Of a stretch of DNA of 64,000 bases, positions 1-13,390 are shown one piece after another. The DNA is from Octopus sinensis (Eukaryota). The position numbers and the translations under genes are program-made. The stretch is taken from the NCBI RefSeq assembly GCF_006345805.1, contig NC_043010.1, forward strand, positions 36,642,001 through 36,706,000. Direction: 5' to 3'. Every line of letters starts with the position of its first letter. Within the stretch, counting starts at the first letter, position 1. The notes under the pieces are model-generated. The model did no database searches. It worked only from the letters and a program-made list of their open reading frames with translations, and had not been told where the DNA came from.

Positions 1-279
1 ACATAAACACACCAGCATCGGTTGTCAAGCAATACTAGGGGGACAAACACAGACACACAAACACATACGCACATATATATATATATATATATATACATAT
101 ATATACATATATACGACGGGCTTCTTTCAGTTTCCGTCTACCAAATCCACTCACAAGGCTTTGGTCGGCCCGAGGCTATAGTAGAAGACACTTGCCCAAG
201 GTGCCACGCAGTGGGACTGAACCCGGAACTATGTGGTTGGTAAGCAAGCTACTTACCACACAGCCACTCCTGCGCCTAT
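1..279 (-). mobile_element. tRNA-derived SINE, family A (cut by window edge)
   Basis: Reverse complement of the family head GGCGCAGGAGTGGCTGTGTGGTAAG (A-box-like) ... GGGTTCAGTCCC (B-box-like), with an internal (TA)n/(CA)n tract. Near-identical copies recur at least 7 times in the window. Confidence 0.9.
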
Positions 280-314
280 ACTGTTATGTTCCCTTGACAC
301 TTGAGTGCCTAGAA

Positions 315-716
315 CAATGGTTTACGACCGGGCTCCATATGACCATTGTGGGTCCATATGTGACATTTTTTGGTGGCGGCGGCGGCGACAGTGGTGGTGG
401 TGGTGGGGTCCATGCAAAGCAAAGTAGTAAATTGTAAATGCACAGTAATACATTAAGGATCTTCGGTGAAATTTTGTTTTAAATGTAATTATTGGGGGCG
501 GGGTGACAAGAAAAAACAAACAAATCGGTTTCTTTTCTCTAACATTTTGCACGGTTCGTCCTACACAAGTTATTGTGCCACATAAAAAAAAAAATGGAAT
601 TTTGAAAGAAGTATCTGTAAAACCAGTTCATAAACATCGAGTGACTATGGGGGTCTGCTAGAGTAAAATAGGAACCAACGGGGGTCCTTAGATACAAAAG
701 TGGTTGAGACCCACTG
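315..716. mobile_element. hAT (Charlie-like) MITE
   Basis: Imperfect TIRs CAATGGTTTACGACC / GGTTGAGACCCACTG. 8-bp TSD gcctagaa (307-314) / gcctggaa (717-724). Confidence 0.75.
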
Positions 717-745
717 GCCTGGAACATTTTTCATTCGCCACCAGG

Positions 746-1425
746 CAATGGTGTAGCTATAGTGTATGCAACGTGGGGCGGCCCTTCAGTTTTCCGCTCC
801 CAAGCCCCAACAAAAAATATATATTGCACAGGAGTGGCTGTGTGGTAAGTAGCTTGCTTACCAACCATCTGGTTCTGGGTTTATTCCCACTGCGTGGCAC
901 CTTGGGCAAGTGTCTTCTACTATAGCCTCGGGCTGACCAAAGCCTTGTGAGTGGATTTGGTAGACGGAAACTGAAAGAAGCCCGTCGTATATATGTATGT
1001 ATATATATATGTATGTGTGTATATGTTTGTGTGTCTGTGTTTGTACACCCCCCCCAACATCTCTTGACAACCGATGGTGGTGTGTTTACGTCGCTGTAAC
1101 TTAGCGGTTCGGCGAGAGTGACCGATAGAATGAGTGCTAGGCTTACAAAGAATAAGTCCTGGGGTCGATTTGGTCGACTAAAGGCGGTGCTCCAGCATGG
1201 CCGCAGTCAAATAACTGAAACAAGTAAAAGAGTAAAAGAGAGTAAGAGAGTGATTATATAAATTGTTACATTTCACGGTGAGTAGTGTCCCTGTCCCGAC
1301 ATTAACACCACTGTCATTTGACTTCAGTACAGCCTATACAGGCTTACAGCCTACAGCAGACCCAAGAATGGTGTGCTGCCCGGGGCGGACCGCCCCCTTT
1401 CAGCCCTCCTCTAGCTACGCTTGTA
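746..1425. mobile_element. Decayed hAT-type MITE interrupted by a SINE A copy
   Basis: Ends CAATGGTGTAGCTA ... TAGCTACGCTTGTA with GC-rich subterminal cggggcgg motifs. Candidate TSD ccaccagg / catccagg (6/8 match). Confidence 0.5.
828..1250 (+). mobile_element. SINE family A, full length
   Basis: Head caggagtggctgtgtggtaag, internal TA/TG tract, tail ggcggtgctccagcatggccgcagtc...gaaacaagtaaaagagtaaaagag. Confidence 0.92.
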
Positions 1426-1523
1426 CATCCAGGTCTTCGGTGGTGTCACAAACCAGTTCCAATCTTGGTTAGCAGTGGTAGAGTCGTGCGGTCACCATGG
1501 TACGTTGCATGAATAATCACAGA

Positions 1524-1907
1524 TAGGAGCACTCCGTCGGTTACGACGATGAGGGTCCCAGCTGATACGATCAACGGAACAGCTTGCTCGTGGAATTAAC
1601 GTGCAAGTGGCTGAGCATTCCACAGCCACGTGTACCCTTAACGTAGTTCTCGAGGAGATTCAGCATGACACAGAGTGTGACAAGGCTGGCCCTTTGAAAT
1701 ACAGGTACAACAGAAACAGGAAGAAAGAGTGAGAGAAAGTTGTGGTGAAAGAGTACAGCAGGGTTCACCACCAACCCCTGCAGGAGCCTTGTGAAGCTTT
1801 AGGTGTTTTCGCTCAATAAACACTCACAATGCTCGGTCTGGGAATCGAAACCGCGATCCTACGACCGCGAGTCCGCTGCCCTAACCACTGGGCCATTGCG
1901 CCTCCAC
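1524..1907 (-). mobile_element. tRNA-derived SINE, family C, full length
   Basis: On - strand GGAGGCGCAATGGCCCAGTGGTTAGGGCAGCGG...GGTTTCGATTCCC (pol III boxes). TSD ataatcacaga at 1513-1523 and 1908-1918. Confidence 0.9.
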
Positions 1908-3564
1908 ATAATCACAGAATAGTTAAGGTGAAGTGCATAGTGTGATCTACTAGAACAATATCTGGGGGCGGGGGGAGAATCACTAGGTAGGTAATCACAG
2001 TCTGGTGATTTCGTACAAAGACGGATATGAGCACGCTGCTAGTTTGTTTACCAGTTTTATCTGATTAATAGTCATTTAGCGAGTGTCTGCCAGGCCCTGC
2101 GTGATCGTGTCGTGGGTTTTTGGTAAGCATACAAAATTGTTCCCCTAGAATTACATTTCCTAAATCAAGGTTCATCTCCTACGATGCTGCGTCTACCATA
2201 ACGTAAAATACGGTAATACTGTTTAAAGACTTTTAAATTAGGTCTCTGTCGGTTGATTTATTGTGGTAAAAGTGTGAACGCAACTTCCTGCTAAAAGGCA
2301 GAGAGGCTAGGGAGTAAATTTACTTTCAAAAGGTAGCCTTAGGTGTGAGAGTTAAATAGTCGGGATGGATGAGAGTATACAAGTAGATGAACGACGAATG
2401 CTCAAGTGCGATTAACTGAACTAACTACTTGCTGAATTAATGTTGAAGTGGTTGAGTAAATAATAGACACGTGTGTCCTTAACATAATCATCCTCAAACA
2501 GAATCAGTCACAAAGTGTTCGACAAGGCCAGACTTTTGTATAATTACCATAATCCCTTCGGTAAGCTTCCGCACAGTTTCCGTCAGCATAGTTCTACTCA
2601 CAAGGTTTGTGTCGACCCGAGGCCACGAGAAAATGTCCTTGCCGAAGATATCACATTCGACAAAGAATCTTCGTAAACTAGTGATTACGAAGCGAACTGC
2701 TTAAATTATAATTCTAGATATAATTGTACCCGAAACGGGTAGAATCACGAGAGGAACCAGCGTGAAACTGCGTTACAAGACCGGACTTTTAAATTACAAA
2801 TGCACTCCCTCGTAATTAATTGATTGACTAGAACAACAGACAGTCTCGTAGTTGTACTCTTAACATAATGCTCGGATAAACTCAGCGTGACACTATATAA
2901 GAACTATTCGTGCCCATCATTTTGTCATTGTAAAAACCGGTTGAATGTTATATCCTGCTCTCTCAGTCACCTGCACTCTTAAGGCAAACCAGCCACAGAA
3001 TCAGCATGAATGAAGCATTGTATGAGAAGGTTGTGCACTTTTGGATTATAGCTGCAGTGTACTTTGTGTGTGAATATTCTATAGGCAAACGGCACTCTTA
3101 AAGTAAACTCCAGACATGAGCAAACGTGAGACATGTTGAATGTCAAAACTTATCTCTTTGAATGTCAAGACTTGATGTGAAGACTTTTTTCTTTGAATTT
3201 CAGCTACAGGCCACTTTGAATTATAATCTAGCATGGGTGTAGGATATATTTCATAGAGAATTGTACTCTTAACTTTGAAGCAGAGCCAGAATGATGCAGT
3301 GTATCTAAACCAACATAGACGTGGTAATATTCCACTGGAAACTACTCTTAACGCCATGGGACCAGGATGGGTGTATGCCATTGACACAGTCTTTTCAGTT
3401 ACAATTAGAGGCCACTAGAGACCGCTTTGAATTAGAGTGTGAGTGACAAAGTATTTCACAGACGCTTATATCCTTGACGTTAACGTAATCGTCAGGCAGA
3501 GTCGACGTGGCCCAGTATAAGAAGACTTAAGTCTCGAATTTCTGACTACAACAATTAATCTGGC

Positions 3565-3850
3565 GGACTGAGTTCAAATACTACCGAGGTCGACTTCGTT
3601 TTTCACATTTCAGTCTTATCAATTCGTTGAAGTGTCGGACGAAATGCCACGCAGTGTTTTTTTCTACACTCGGGTTCCTGAGTTCAAATTCCACCGAGAT
3701 CAACTTTGATATTCATTCTTTCAGGATCGTCAAAAAATAATGTACCAATCCAGAGCAGGGGAAAGATTGGTGCAAATCTGAGAATATCGAGCCGGATGCA
3801 TTGGGTCATTCGTTCACGCCCTTTCTGTTCTGAGTTCAAATCTCGTCATG
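3565..3850 (+). mobile_element. Three decayed SINE family B fragments
   Basis: Repeated ctgagttcaaat..ccgaggtcgactt-like motif at about 3568, 3678 and 3830. Confidence 0.65.
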
Positions 3851-5449
3851 GACTACTCGAGTGATTAGACGGACTTAATAGTGCTGCTTAGAACCTTAGG
3901 TACTCTTGGTACCCTTCTCTTCCTCGTAAATATATGACTTTGTGACGTCTAGGTTAAAAATCACTTGTTAAAAAAATTCGTTAGATCATCCGATACAAAT
4001 GTTTTGGAGTATTTTATTCTTATAAGTTAAACTTAACTTACTAACTATTCCTTCGCCGTGATTAAACAACCAATTACAGCCAGTCGGGATTCACAGTACA
4101 GGCTGTACTATCCATCCTTTCCATTGCTCAATATCAAACGTGGCTCGCGAGATCTCTGTTCGAGTGATTCACCTGAGTCACCATTTAACCTTTGTATGCC
4201 AGCTTGTTTCATTTATATCTAAGTTAACTGGATCAACAGGAAGTGAAATGTTTTGCTAAAGAACGCAACACAACCTGTTTGGTAATCGAAACCTTGATCT
4301 TACAACCGTAAGAGCAATACCTAACCACCAAGCCACGTGCCTTCACAATTAAGCTTATTAAACGTGGGACATGATTAAAAATAAAAAGCATTCGTGCTAC
4401 GCTTCATATTTTGGGATGCCTTCCTCAATCCCTCTCACCAATCTCGGTGGCCCTGTGAAGCATAATGAGTGGGCATTGCTTTCGCGCCGGACTAAAGAAG
4501 TGCTAGAACTTACTCTTGAAACCCCCTTCGGTCATGACTGACCGTGGGGTTGCACCTAGAAAGTTACCCTCCCAGGCACAAGTCTGGGCAAGGTTATTTA
4601 TGGAAGACCAGCAGTCGCCCATGCATAATTCAGAATTCAGTAAACAAAATATTTGCTAATGTGTACTAACGCCTGTCAAGCAGATACTAAATTATTACAA
4701 GTATGAAGAACATCGAGAAATGAAACAATGACATGTACTACCATTCTTAACACGTTCCAACAGATTTTGAACAACCCTGTATAGTATTCGGATTACGGAC
4801 GCATAAGTACTCGGGTTACCGACCTCTGCACAACACTTGTTACTTCACACAAATCTTTGTTTATTTTTAGTTTCTTTTCATTAAAAACACGAAGGCCCAG
4901 AACTCTAGGAGAACCGATGAGACCTGCGTGTCTTTCGAGTCTCTTTCCAGCCTACTCAAAATAAAATGTCCTAGGGAAAATATTGGAAACCGATAACAGC
5001 TCCAGGTCAAATAAGCACTTATGTAAAATCCATTTTTCTCTGCAACTTAACTGTTTAATCTAGACATTGGCAGCAAAGATTTCCTATGACTCGAGCTTAA
5101 CATCTCTCTCGGTTCTTCAAATTTATATCCAATATCATCCGCTTTCTGAAACCTTGGACCCATCATCACTATTTGAATATCTCAGACATCTACTACATCT
5201 TTCTTTCTTGCTTTCTCTCATTTTCTCTTTCTCTCTCTCCTTCGCTCTCTCTGCTTATTATTTGTCTCTCCTTTTCTCTCTTTCCTCGATCTTTCTTCCT
5301 CTTCACTCTCTTCTCTCTTTCTTTCTTTCTTTCTTTCTTTGGCTCTCTAACGATCATCTTTGCCCCTCTTCCTTTCGGAGTCAATAAGAAAAAAGCCACA
5401 AATCCAGGGCATTGCATAGGCGGAATTGTAAGAACATAGGAAGAAACAG

Positions 5450-5760
5450 CTTGCGGTATTTGCTCCGACACTCTATGTTCTGAGTTCAAATTCTGCCGAA
5501 GTCAACTTTGCCTCCCATCTTTTCGGGGTCATTTTTCGCCATAGCCTACCTTCGGACAAAGCGTTTAGTGGCATTTTGCCAGTCTTTACATTCTGAGTTC
5601 GAATTCTGCCGAGGTCGACTTTGCCGTTCATCCTTTCGGGGTCGATAAAATAAGTACCAGTTGAGCATCTTGGGCAACTGCCTTCCATTAGAGCCTCGGG
5701 CCAACCAAAGTCTTGTGTTTGAATTTGGTAGACGGAAGCTAAAAGAAACCCGTCGTGTGT
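5450..5760 (+). mobile_element. Two SINE B fragments followed by a SINE A fragment
   Basis: ttctgagttc(a/g)aattctgccga(a/g)gtc..ctttgcc..catc(c/t)tttcggggtc twice, then cttgggcaa...tttggtagacggaa. Confidence 0.75.
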
Positions 5761-5791
5761 GTGTGTGTGTATGTATGTATATATAAAGGTG

Positions 5792-6225
5792 TCAGTGCCA
5801 AGCAGAAAAGGAGTGAGAGAGCGCGTCTCCCTGGAATATTCCTTTTCTAATGGGGATGGCTTTTGTTTTTACGAGTCCCTCTTTTGTTTGGAGCTGTAGT
5901 ACTGTCTGCCATTTATTCATAGAGTGTCTTATGTATTTTATAATTATTGGTGCTACCTTATTCATGGCTACTGTTTCGAGGATCCATGTGTGGAGAATAC
6001 TATCAAAAGCCTTTCGGTAGTCGATCCAGGCCATACTGAGGCCTTTCTTCTTTCTGCGGCTGTCTTCAGTTATGGTTTTATTGATCATTAGCTGATCTTT
6101 ACCGCCATATGAGCCCTTGCAGCATCCCTTCTGCTCTTCTGGAAACAGTTGTTTTCTTCCAGATGCTTGCTCAATCTCTGCGATATTATTGCAGTAAAGA
6201 CTTTGTAAATTGTAGGGAGACAGGT
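5792..6225 (-). pseudogene. Non-LTR retrotransposon RT fragment, R4/Dong-like
   Basis: Translates as TCLPTIYKVFTAIISQRLSKHLEENN/(frameshift)LFPEEQKGCCKGSYGGKDQLMINK...AWIDYRKAFDSILHTWI...IRKGIFQGDALS. These are RT motifs in the form typical of R4/Dong elements. Confidence 0.88.
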
Positions 6226-6244
6226 TCTTCTTCTTCTTCTTCTT

Positions 6245-6305
<61 letters not shown>

Positions 6306-6338
6306 TATTATTATTATTATATTATTATTATTATTATT

Positions 6339-6885
6339 GAGTGAGAGAGCAGTTCATGCCATCAAAGTGACACCGGGGTAAAATATACGAAGCCCAATAT
6401 ACCCATCATGACTACCCGTCTGATAAGGGTACACCAGGCACATGCATCACAACCATATGTGCGCGACACGGTGATCTCATATCAAGATAAACAGCACATG
6501 ACCTTGCAGGTGGGGCCCAGTTAGAATTTTCTTCAGGTTGAGTAGCCCATCCCGCTCAAACGGTCCCTGAATAAGGGTTGTTTAAGGATGTTGAAAAAAA
6601 CCACCCATGTTTCCAGAGGTGAATTATCCAAACCCCAAAGAATCCCTCTCAACACATGGCTATGATGCTCCCCCACTACTTCTGCTCGTGATCAGAGATG
6701 CACATATCGTCAGCCACTAAGGGACATGCTTAACTGGTTAAGATCAAACAACTGACAAGCAAATCTGTGGTATTGAGCAGAATATTTGCTGTAGCCCATC
6801 TTTTATACCAAGACAAAACAATGTACATGATAACACTTCCAATCAGTTAAGATCAGAAGCCATGAGAGCCACTGCCTGGTACTAT
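6339..6885 (-). mobile_element. Element E (about 560 bp, (AAT)n-tailed retroposon)
   Basis: Matches the copies at 13.7, 28.8, 32-34 and 54.8 kb. 3' end ...gcatgaactgctctctcactcAATAATAAT, with (ATT)n on both sides. Confidence 0.88.
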
Positions 6886-7246
6886 TATTATTATTATTAT
6901 TATTATTATCATTATCATCATCATCATATCATCATCATCATCATCATCACCACCATTGCACAGATTCTAACGCTGGAGATGTACTACGGTGCCAGCTGTT
7001 CCTATCAGTGAACTTCGCAAGATCTTTACTCACTGTTCCCTGGGCTCCGACAATTATTGGTACTACTACCACCTTTTTCAGCGGCCACAACTGCTTAACC
7101 TCCCAAGCTAACCTGTTATAGCTATCGACTTTTCTTTCTTCCTTATCGCATAACCTGTCGTCAGCTGTATCTATGATCTAACATCGTTTGCTTTCCTTCT
7201 CAATTAATACTATGTCTGGGTTCCTATTCTGTGTCTCATGGTCACA

Positions 7247-7260
7247 CTTATTACTATTAC

Positions 7261-7332
<72 letters not shown>

Positions 7333-7469
7333 CATCATCATCATCATCATCATCATCATTATCATTATTATCATTATTATTATCATCATCATCATCATCA
7401 TCATCATTATCATCATCATCATTATCATTATTATTATTATTATTAATATTATTATTGATATTATTATTA

Positions 7470-7500
<31 letters not shown>

Positions 7501-7616
7501 CATAATTATTATTATTATTACTATTATTATTGTTATTATTATTATTATTATTATCATTACTATTATAATTATTATTATTATTATTATCATCGCCATTATT
7601 ATTATTATTATTACTA

Positions 7617-7686
<70 letters not shown>

Positions 7687-7736
7687 CATCATCATTATTA
7701 TTATTATTACTATTATTATTACTATTATTATTATTA

Positions 7737-7787
<51 letters not shown>
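7247..7787. repeat. Long compound (ATT)n/(ATC)n microsatellite
   Basis: About 540 bp of trinucleotide repeat seen directly. It is the source of the poly-I/Y/L ORFs. Confidence 0.97.
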
Positions 7788-7788
<1 letters not shown>

Positions 7789-8504
7789 GATACTTGTTTC
7801 TGTGAGTCATGGTTACAATATAACTATCAATAAGAATAAATTATAAGTTATTCTTGAGAAAAAACTTGAAAGGTTTCTCACAAGGGAGATCAAGGTTTTC
7901 AACATTAATGCATAAGTTTCTCTCTCTCTCTCTTTCTCTCTCTGTCTCTCTCTGTCTCTCTCTCCTTCTTTTCCAATCCCTCTCTCGGTGTTTTTTATAC
8001 ACTTGAGTACAAATACATACCATTTGCATTCAAAGAGTATAAATATATTTTATTTTGTGCATAAATACCTTTCATTCGCACTTAAAGTGCATTGATGCAT
8101 TCTGTTTGGTACAATAAATATGTTTCGCTTGCATTTTGCTTTGTATATGAATAGATTTTGCTTACATTTCAAGTGTACTTGCATTTATCGAAACCAGTTT
8201 CACATTAAAAAAGAAAATAGCATGTTTTTATTATAGAAAAAATTGCAAACTCAGAATCTCAAGGATTGTTTAAAAATCCAACATTTTAAAAAAATTTTTA
8301 CATTTTAAGATTAGTAGATATGTAATCGACAGCGTTCCTTATTTCAGCGAAATCAGAGAAGGAACAATGTGAACAGCACAAGGATAATTTGAAATTGTTT
8401 TTGGGTTACATCTGTAGCTAGTGAAACCAATGGTAGCCTTAATCCACAAAAGGTATAAATATACATGTAGGCATGTATATAATGTGTGTGTGTGTGTGTG
8501 TGTC

Positions 8505-8676
8505 TATTCAGTTCTATTTCAAGATTTCTTGCCAATAAAGAAAGAGCCGGTTTCTAACCAGGATCCAAGACTCTTTCATTGGAATTTCAGCATCAAGACG
8601 ATATTTAGTATGTATGTATGTATGTATGTATGTATGTATGTATGTATGTATGTATGTATGTATGTATGTATGTATG
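8505..8676 (-). repeat. Short interspersed repeat with (CATA)n tail
   Basis: Reverse complement of the 39516-39620 copy (gccttggatc..ggttagaaaccgg..ggcaagaaatcttgaaata.aactgaata), adjacent to (TATG)n. Confidence 0.6.
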
Positions 8677-8934
8677 TCAGGTCACTTTCGAGTACTACTG
8701 GTAACATGTAACCCAGTACTACATGTTGCATGGTCGGGTCGTCGGCGACTAAACCGGCAACCCCACCAAGCTCGCTTGGTGAGGAGGGTGTTTATTGGTC
8801 ACCCTGCGGGATGAAAAACAAAACCCGTCAAAGGGCGGAGGGACTCTTGTGTGTGTGTGTGTATGTATGTGTGCAGATTTGCATGTTTGTTTTATGTGTG
8901 TATTCTCATGCATATAGTTGCATGTTCAGACAAG

Positions 8935-9024
<90 letters not shown>

Positions 9025-9310
9025 AGTCGACCTCGGCAGAATTCGAACTCAGAACGTATCGGCAGACGAAATACCTATTTCTTTATTACCCACAACGGGC
9101 TAAACACAGAGGTGACAAACAAGGACAGACAATCGGATTAAGCCGATTACATCCACCCCGGTGCGTAACTGGTACTTAATTTATCGACCCCGAAAGGATG
9201 AAAGGCAAAGTCGACCTCGGCGGAATTTGAACTCAGAACGTAGCGGCAGACGAAATACCGCCAAACACTTCGCCCGGCGGCGTGCTAACGATTCTGCCAG
9301 CCCGCCGCCT
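9025..9310 (-). mobile_element. SINE family B plus a partial second copy
   Basis: On - strand ggcgggctggcagaatcgttagcacgcc...gagttcaaattccgccgaggtcgactttgcctttcatcctttcggggtcgataaattaagtaccag. From memory, the central part resembles the Meta/MESC SINE domain. Confidence 0.88.
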
Positions 9311-9453
9311 TCTTACCCCACAGTCACTCCTGCATCTGTCTGTCTGTCTGTGTGTCAGTCTGTCTGTCTCTCTATCAGTCTGCTTGTCTGTCTGGATATT
9401 TGTTTGTCTCTCCGCCTCGTCTGTCTGTTTGTCTATTTGTCTGTCTGTCTGTA

Positions 9454-9486
<33 letters not shown>

Positions 9487-10205
9487 GCGTCACTCAGCTT
9501 GGCCTTGTATGATTCAAAATAGGTCAATGAATGAAGTCACATTAATTGAAGTGAGGTGGTGCACTTAGCCCATACGATGGCATCGGCGGCGGCGGCGGCA
9601 GTGACTGCGGCTGTAGTAGAAAAGGCGAGCTTAGTGGTACCGTTTGGTAGTGGTGGTGGTGGTGGTGGTAGTGGCGACGGACCCGTGGTGATGGAGCTGG
9701 TGGTGGTGCGGGGCTGGGAGAAAAAAAGAAAAAGTCTAGCTGTCGAGAGAGGATGGGAAATCAACGTACCAGCAAAATACTTCCTATCTTGTCTTTGTCT
9801 TACTCTATTTCACTTGACACACTGCATTAGTACACGCACACCGCTCCACCCCCCAACCCGCGCTTATTTGAACAATGCATGTATGTAAATGTATGCATGT
9901 GCATATATGTGTCTGTGTCTGTGTATGTTTACGAATAAACATGTGTGCGTATGTGCATGAACACACACATATATATATATAAGTACGTATGTATGTAAGT
10001 GTGTGTGTGTGAGTATGTATGCATGCATGTATTGTACTGTAGTGTACTGTTTCGTAATTGGTGGGATCAAACAGAAAACTTCTCCATCCAGTGAGAGATA
10101 AATATCCTTATATCCTTTAATATACATCCTGTACATATTAAAGGGGATACACACGCACACACCACACACACACACACACACATAAACATGCACACACACA
10201 CAGAC

Positions 10206-10296
<91 letters not shown>

Positions 10297-10309
10297 CCCA
10301 ACGCACTCC

Positions 10310-10610
10310 TTCCCAATGTAGTATTCCTCCCCACCTCCGGCGGCCTGAAATCGTTCTCAACCGAAGTTGCCTTTCGTTCCCGATACACCTCTACCAACAG
10401 TTCTCGCTGGTGGCTTTGGGAACGAGAACTGGGTCCAAACATGCGAACCAGTTCGATGGCGATTTCGAGGTCCAAATATTCTCTCGGTTCACTGGTTCCT
10501 CTCATCGACAACTTCATCCGCTCCACCGCACTCACCCGCGGACAACTGAATTCTTTTCCCTCTTTCGACCAATCTTTCCATTTCGCCGCCCTTGAAATAA
10601 ATGGGCGCCC
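10310..10610 (+). pseudogene. Possible decayed LINE AP-endonuclease fragment
   Basis: Across frames: PTVLAGGFGNENW (cf. GDFN), LIDNFI (cf. RID), SFDQSF (cf. SDH), in the expected order. Every motif is degenerate. Confidence 0.3.
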
Positions 10611-10871
10611 GTCTTCTGTCTCCGACACTTACGTTAATTTGCCCAACATTTCCGTTTCCATTAGCCACTCCGCCCTTAATACTGCCATATTCTACAAACT
10701 TAGGGAGCTCCCACTTCCACCGCAACTTCACCTCGTCCCGCCCCACCCGCACCGAACAGTCCATCTCGAACGCTCATTTCCTCTGTCTCCGTTGGCTCTG
10801 CAGTGAAGATCATCCCTCCGAGTCACAGTTCAACTCATTGCTGGTTGCTTCATCCAACAAAAAGACATCCG

Positions 10872-10912
<41 letters not shown>

Positions 10913-12748
10913 CGCACACACGCACACACACACATAGACACCCGAACTGTAATCCGACAATCTTCGTTAGTGCTCGATCAGCTGACCGTGCATCAAACTT
11001 CTCCCTCTGTCAGTCTCATCCTTCTCCGCCTCCCCATTCTCCCTCTCCTACGATCCTCCACACTACCCTTCTTCCAATGTTATGCACTTTCCGCAGACTT
11101 CACTCTAACCCCGCCACCTCCAACTTCTTCCCCACCCCCACCCCCTCCTTTCCTTCAAAAGTGCCCGTAACCTATGCGACTATGTTTTGTTGTTTACAAC
11201 TTTTTAATGCAACAGCAATAACAACAAATCAGTCGTAAGTGGTGCGTGACTCAGACCCTCAACCCTTTTACGTAGTAGCTTGAATGATTCTCACTGTGCA
11301 AGTGGTTTACGAGTTCGAATACGTGAACGCTGTCTTTTCTGACCGGACTTTAACGGAGCAAGCGATTTACGAATTCCATAAAGGAGTAGTTACTAATCGA
11401 TGCTTCATGAATATGTCTGTTTCTGATTAAAATTGAGAGGCTGTTGATTCTTCGTTGTATACAAATTGTTCAAAAGGAATTTCTTCCGATCACGTCACCT
11501 CAAGTATATCTCGGACCTTCACTTAAGTGAGAGCGCTGGTATTCTAATATCTTGTATTTTTTCAGTTTGACACATACAGAAGTTTCGGAATCTTTGGAAG
11601 TATGGTGCAGAATTGTCAATAATATACTATCGGAATATGTTTTAATCCATGGTACGCGAGCTTCCTGGTGAACTGCGATAAGCAAGAGGAGTTTTCCTTG
11701 TCGCTTCATCTAAATGAGTGTAGATTCATTTGAAAAATATTACATGATCGATTTTAAGTGCGTAAAACATTAAGTGGAAGGGAATGACTCAACGATACTA
11801 ATTTTTAAGTCATGTGCAGCTGTGTCAAAGAGTTATATGTGTATATGTGTGCGTGTATGTGTGTGAGAGAGTGTATGTGTGTGTGTATGTGTATGTGTGT
11901 GTGTGTGCATGCGTGTGAGAGAGAGAGAGTGTATGTGTTTGCTAGTGTGTTATATGTGTGTGAATGTGCGTGAGAGTGAGTGTGTGTGTGTGTGAATGTG
12001 TGTGTGTGTGCTTGCGTGAGACAGAGAGAGAGGGTGTATGTGTGGCGTATGTGTGTTTGTGTGCGTGTGTGTGAGAGAAAGATTTTATGTTTGTGCGTGT
12101 CTGCATGTGTGTGTGAGAGAGAGTGTATGTGTGCGTGTGAGTATGTCTGTGTGTGCGTGTGTGTATGTGTGCGTGCGTGTGTGTATGTGTGCGTGTGTAT
12201 GAGTGTGTGTGTGTGTGTGTATGTGTGTGTCAGAGAGAGAGGGAGTGTATTGTGTGCGTGTGTGTGGGTGTATGCATGTGTGTGTGCGTGTGTGTGTGAG
12301 AGAGTCTAAGTGTGAGCGAGTGTGTATGTGTGTGTGCGTGTGTGTGTGAGAGAGTGTATGTGTGTGCGTGTGTATATGTGAGAGAGAGTGTGTGTGTGCG
12401 TGTGTGTGCGAGTGTATGTGTGTGTGTACATATGTTGTTTTGTTTATAAATGTTTGCAGATCACAGCACTGATAAAAAACACACTGTATGCAAATTAATC
12501 TAGCTATTACGTATTTGTTAGGTTTAAATTGCTATTATCTATAAGTTCTCTTTGCAGGCAGAGGAACGAAGGAGAAGTAGTACCCGCTTTCTGATGAGTG
12601 GTCAACGAACCCTGAAACATATCAGGAAAATCGCATTTATTTTTATATATTGAAGAGAATAACAAGATGCCATTACATCTGTTTAAAGATCCAAAGATAA
12701 AAGATTAACATCAGTTGTTCAAGTACTTTAAATTTATCTTAGGTTTTC

Positions 12749-12751
<3 letters not shown>

Positions 12752-12781
<30 letters not shown>

Positions 12782-13115
12782 TGTATGTATGTATGTATGT
12801 ATGTATGTATGTATTTATGTATGCATGTATGTATGTATTTATGTATGTATGTATGTATGTATGTATGCATGCATGTATGTATGTATGTATGTATGTATGT
12901 ATGTATGTATGCATGTATGTATGCATGTATGTATGCATGTATGTATGTATGCATGTATATATGTATGTATGTATGTATACATGTATGTATGCGTATATGT
13001 ATGCATGCATGTATGTATGTATGTATGTATGTGTGTATGTATGTATGTATGTATGTATGTTTGTGTGTATGTATGTATGTATACATGTATGCATGTATGC
13101 ATGTATGTATGTATA
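12752..13115. repeat. (TATG)n microsatellite
   Basis: Direct observation. Confidence 0.95.
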
Positions 13116-13235
13116 TAATATAATATAATATGAGAGAGAAAGAGAGGGAAGAAGAGAGAGATACACATGTAAGTGTGCATCTATGAATGTATGCATAAAC
13201 CTAGATATATATATTTTAAAATATGTTTGTCTTTA

Positions 13236-13266
<31 letters not shown>

Positions 13267-13390
13267 TTTTTCTAGTTTCAGCTCAGAGCTGCGGCCATGC
13301 TGATGCACCGCCGTATATATATATATTGATAAAAACGGTAAGATAACAAAAGAAAGAAAGAGACCTCGATAGTATGTGAATAGAGGAATG

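Noticed and set aside
22-437. Recurrent ORFs such as IYDGLLSVSVYQIHSQGFGRPEAIVEDTCPRCHAVGLNPE and MRNWYLIYRPRKDERQSRPRR
   Set aside because: Antisense read-through of SINE A and SINE B, not a gene family.
828-900. tRNA genes at SINE heads
   Set aside because: A/B boxes are present but there is no complete cloverleaf, and each continues into a SINE body.
3079-3387. 102-aa ORF in unique-looking sequence with repeated ACTCTTAA
   Set aside because: No recognisable motif or splice context. The octamer resembles a SINE C tail word and the spacing is irregular.
7188-7789. Long poly-I/L/Y/H ORFs, and similar MYVC, HT, SL, poly-V and poly-D ORFs throughout
   Set aside because: They are translations of microsatellites, open in several frames, with no domain content.
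12590-12630. CTGATGA...GAAACATATC hammerhead-like string
   Set aside because: Stems I and III pair poorly, it is a single copy and it has no fold-back, so it cannot be distinguished from chance.
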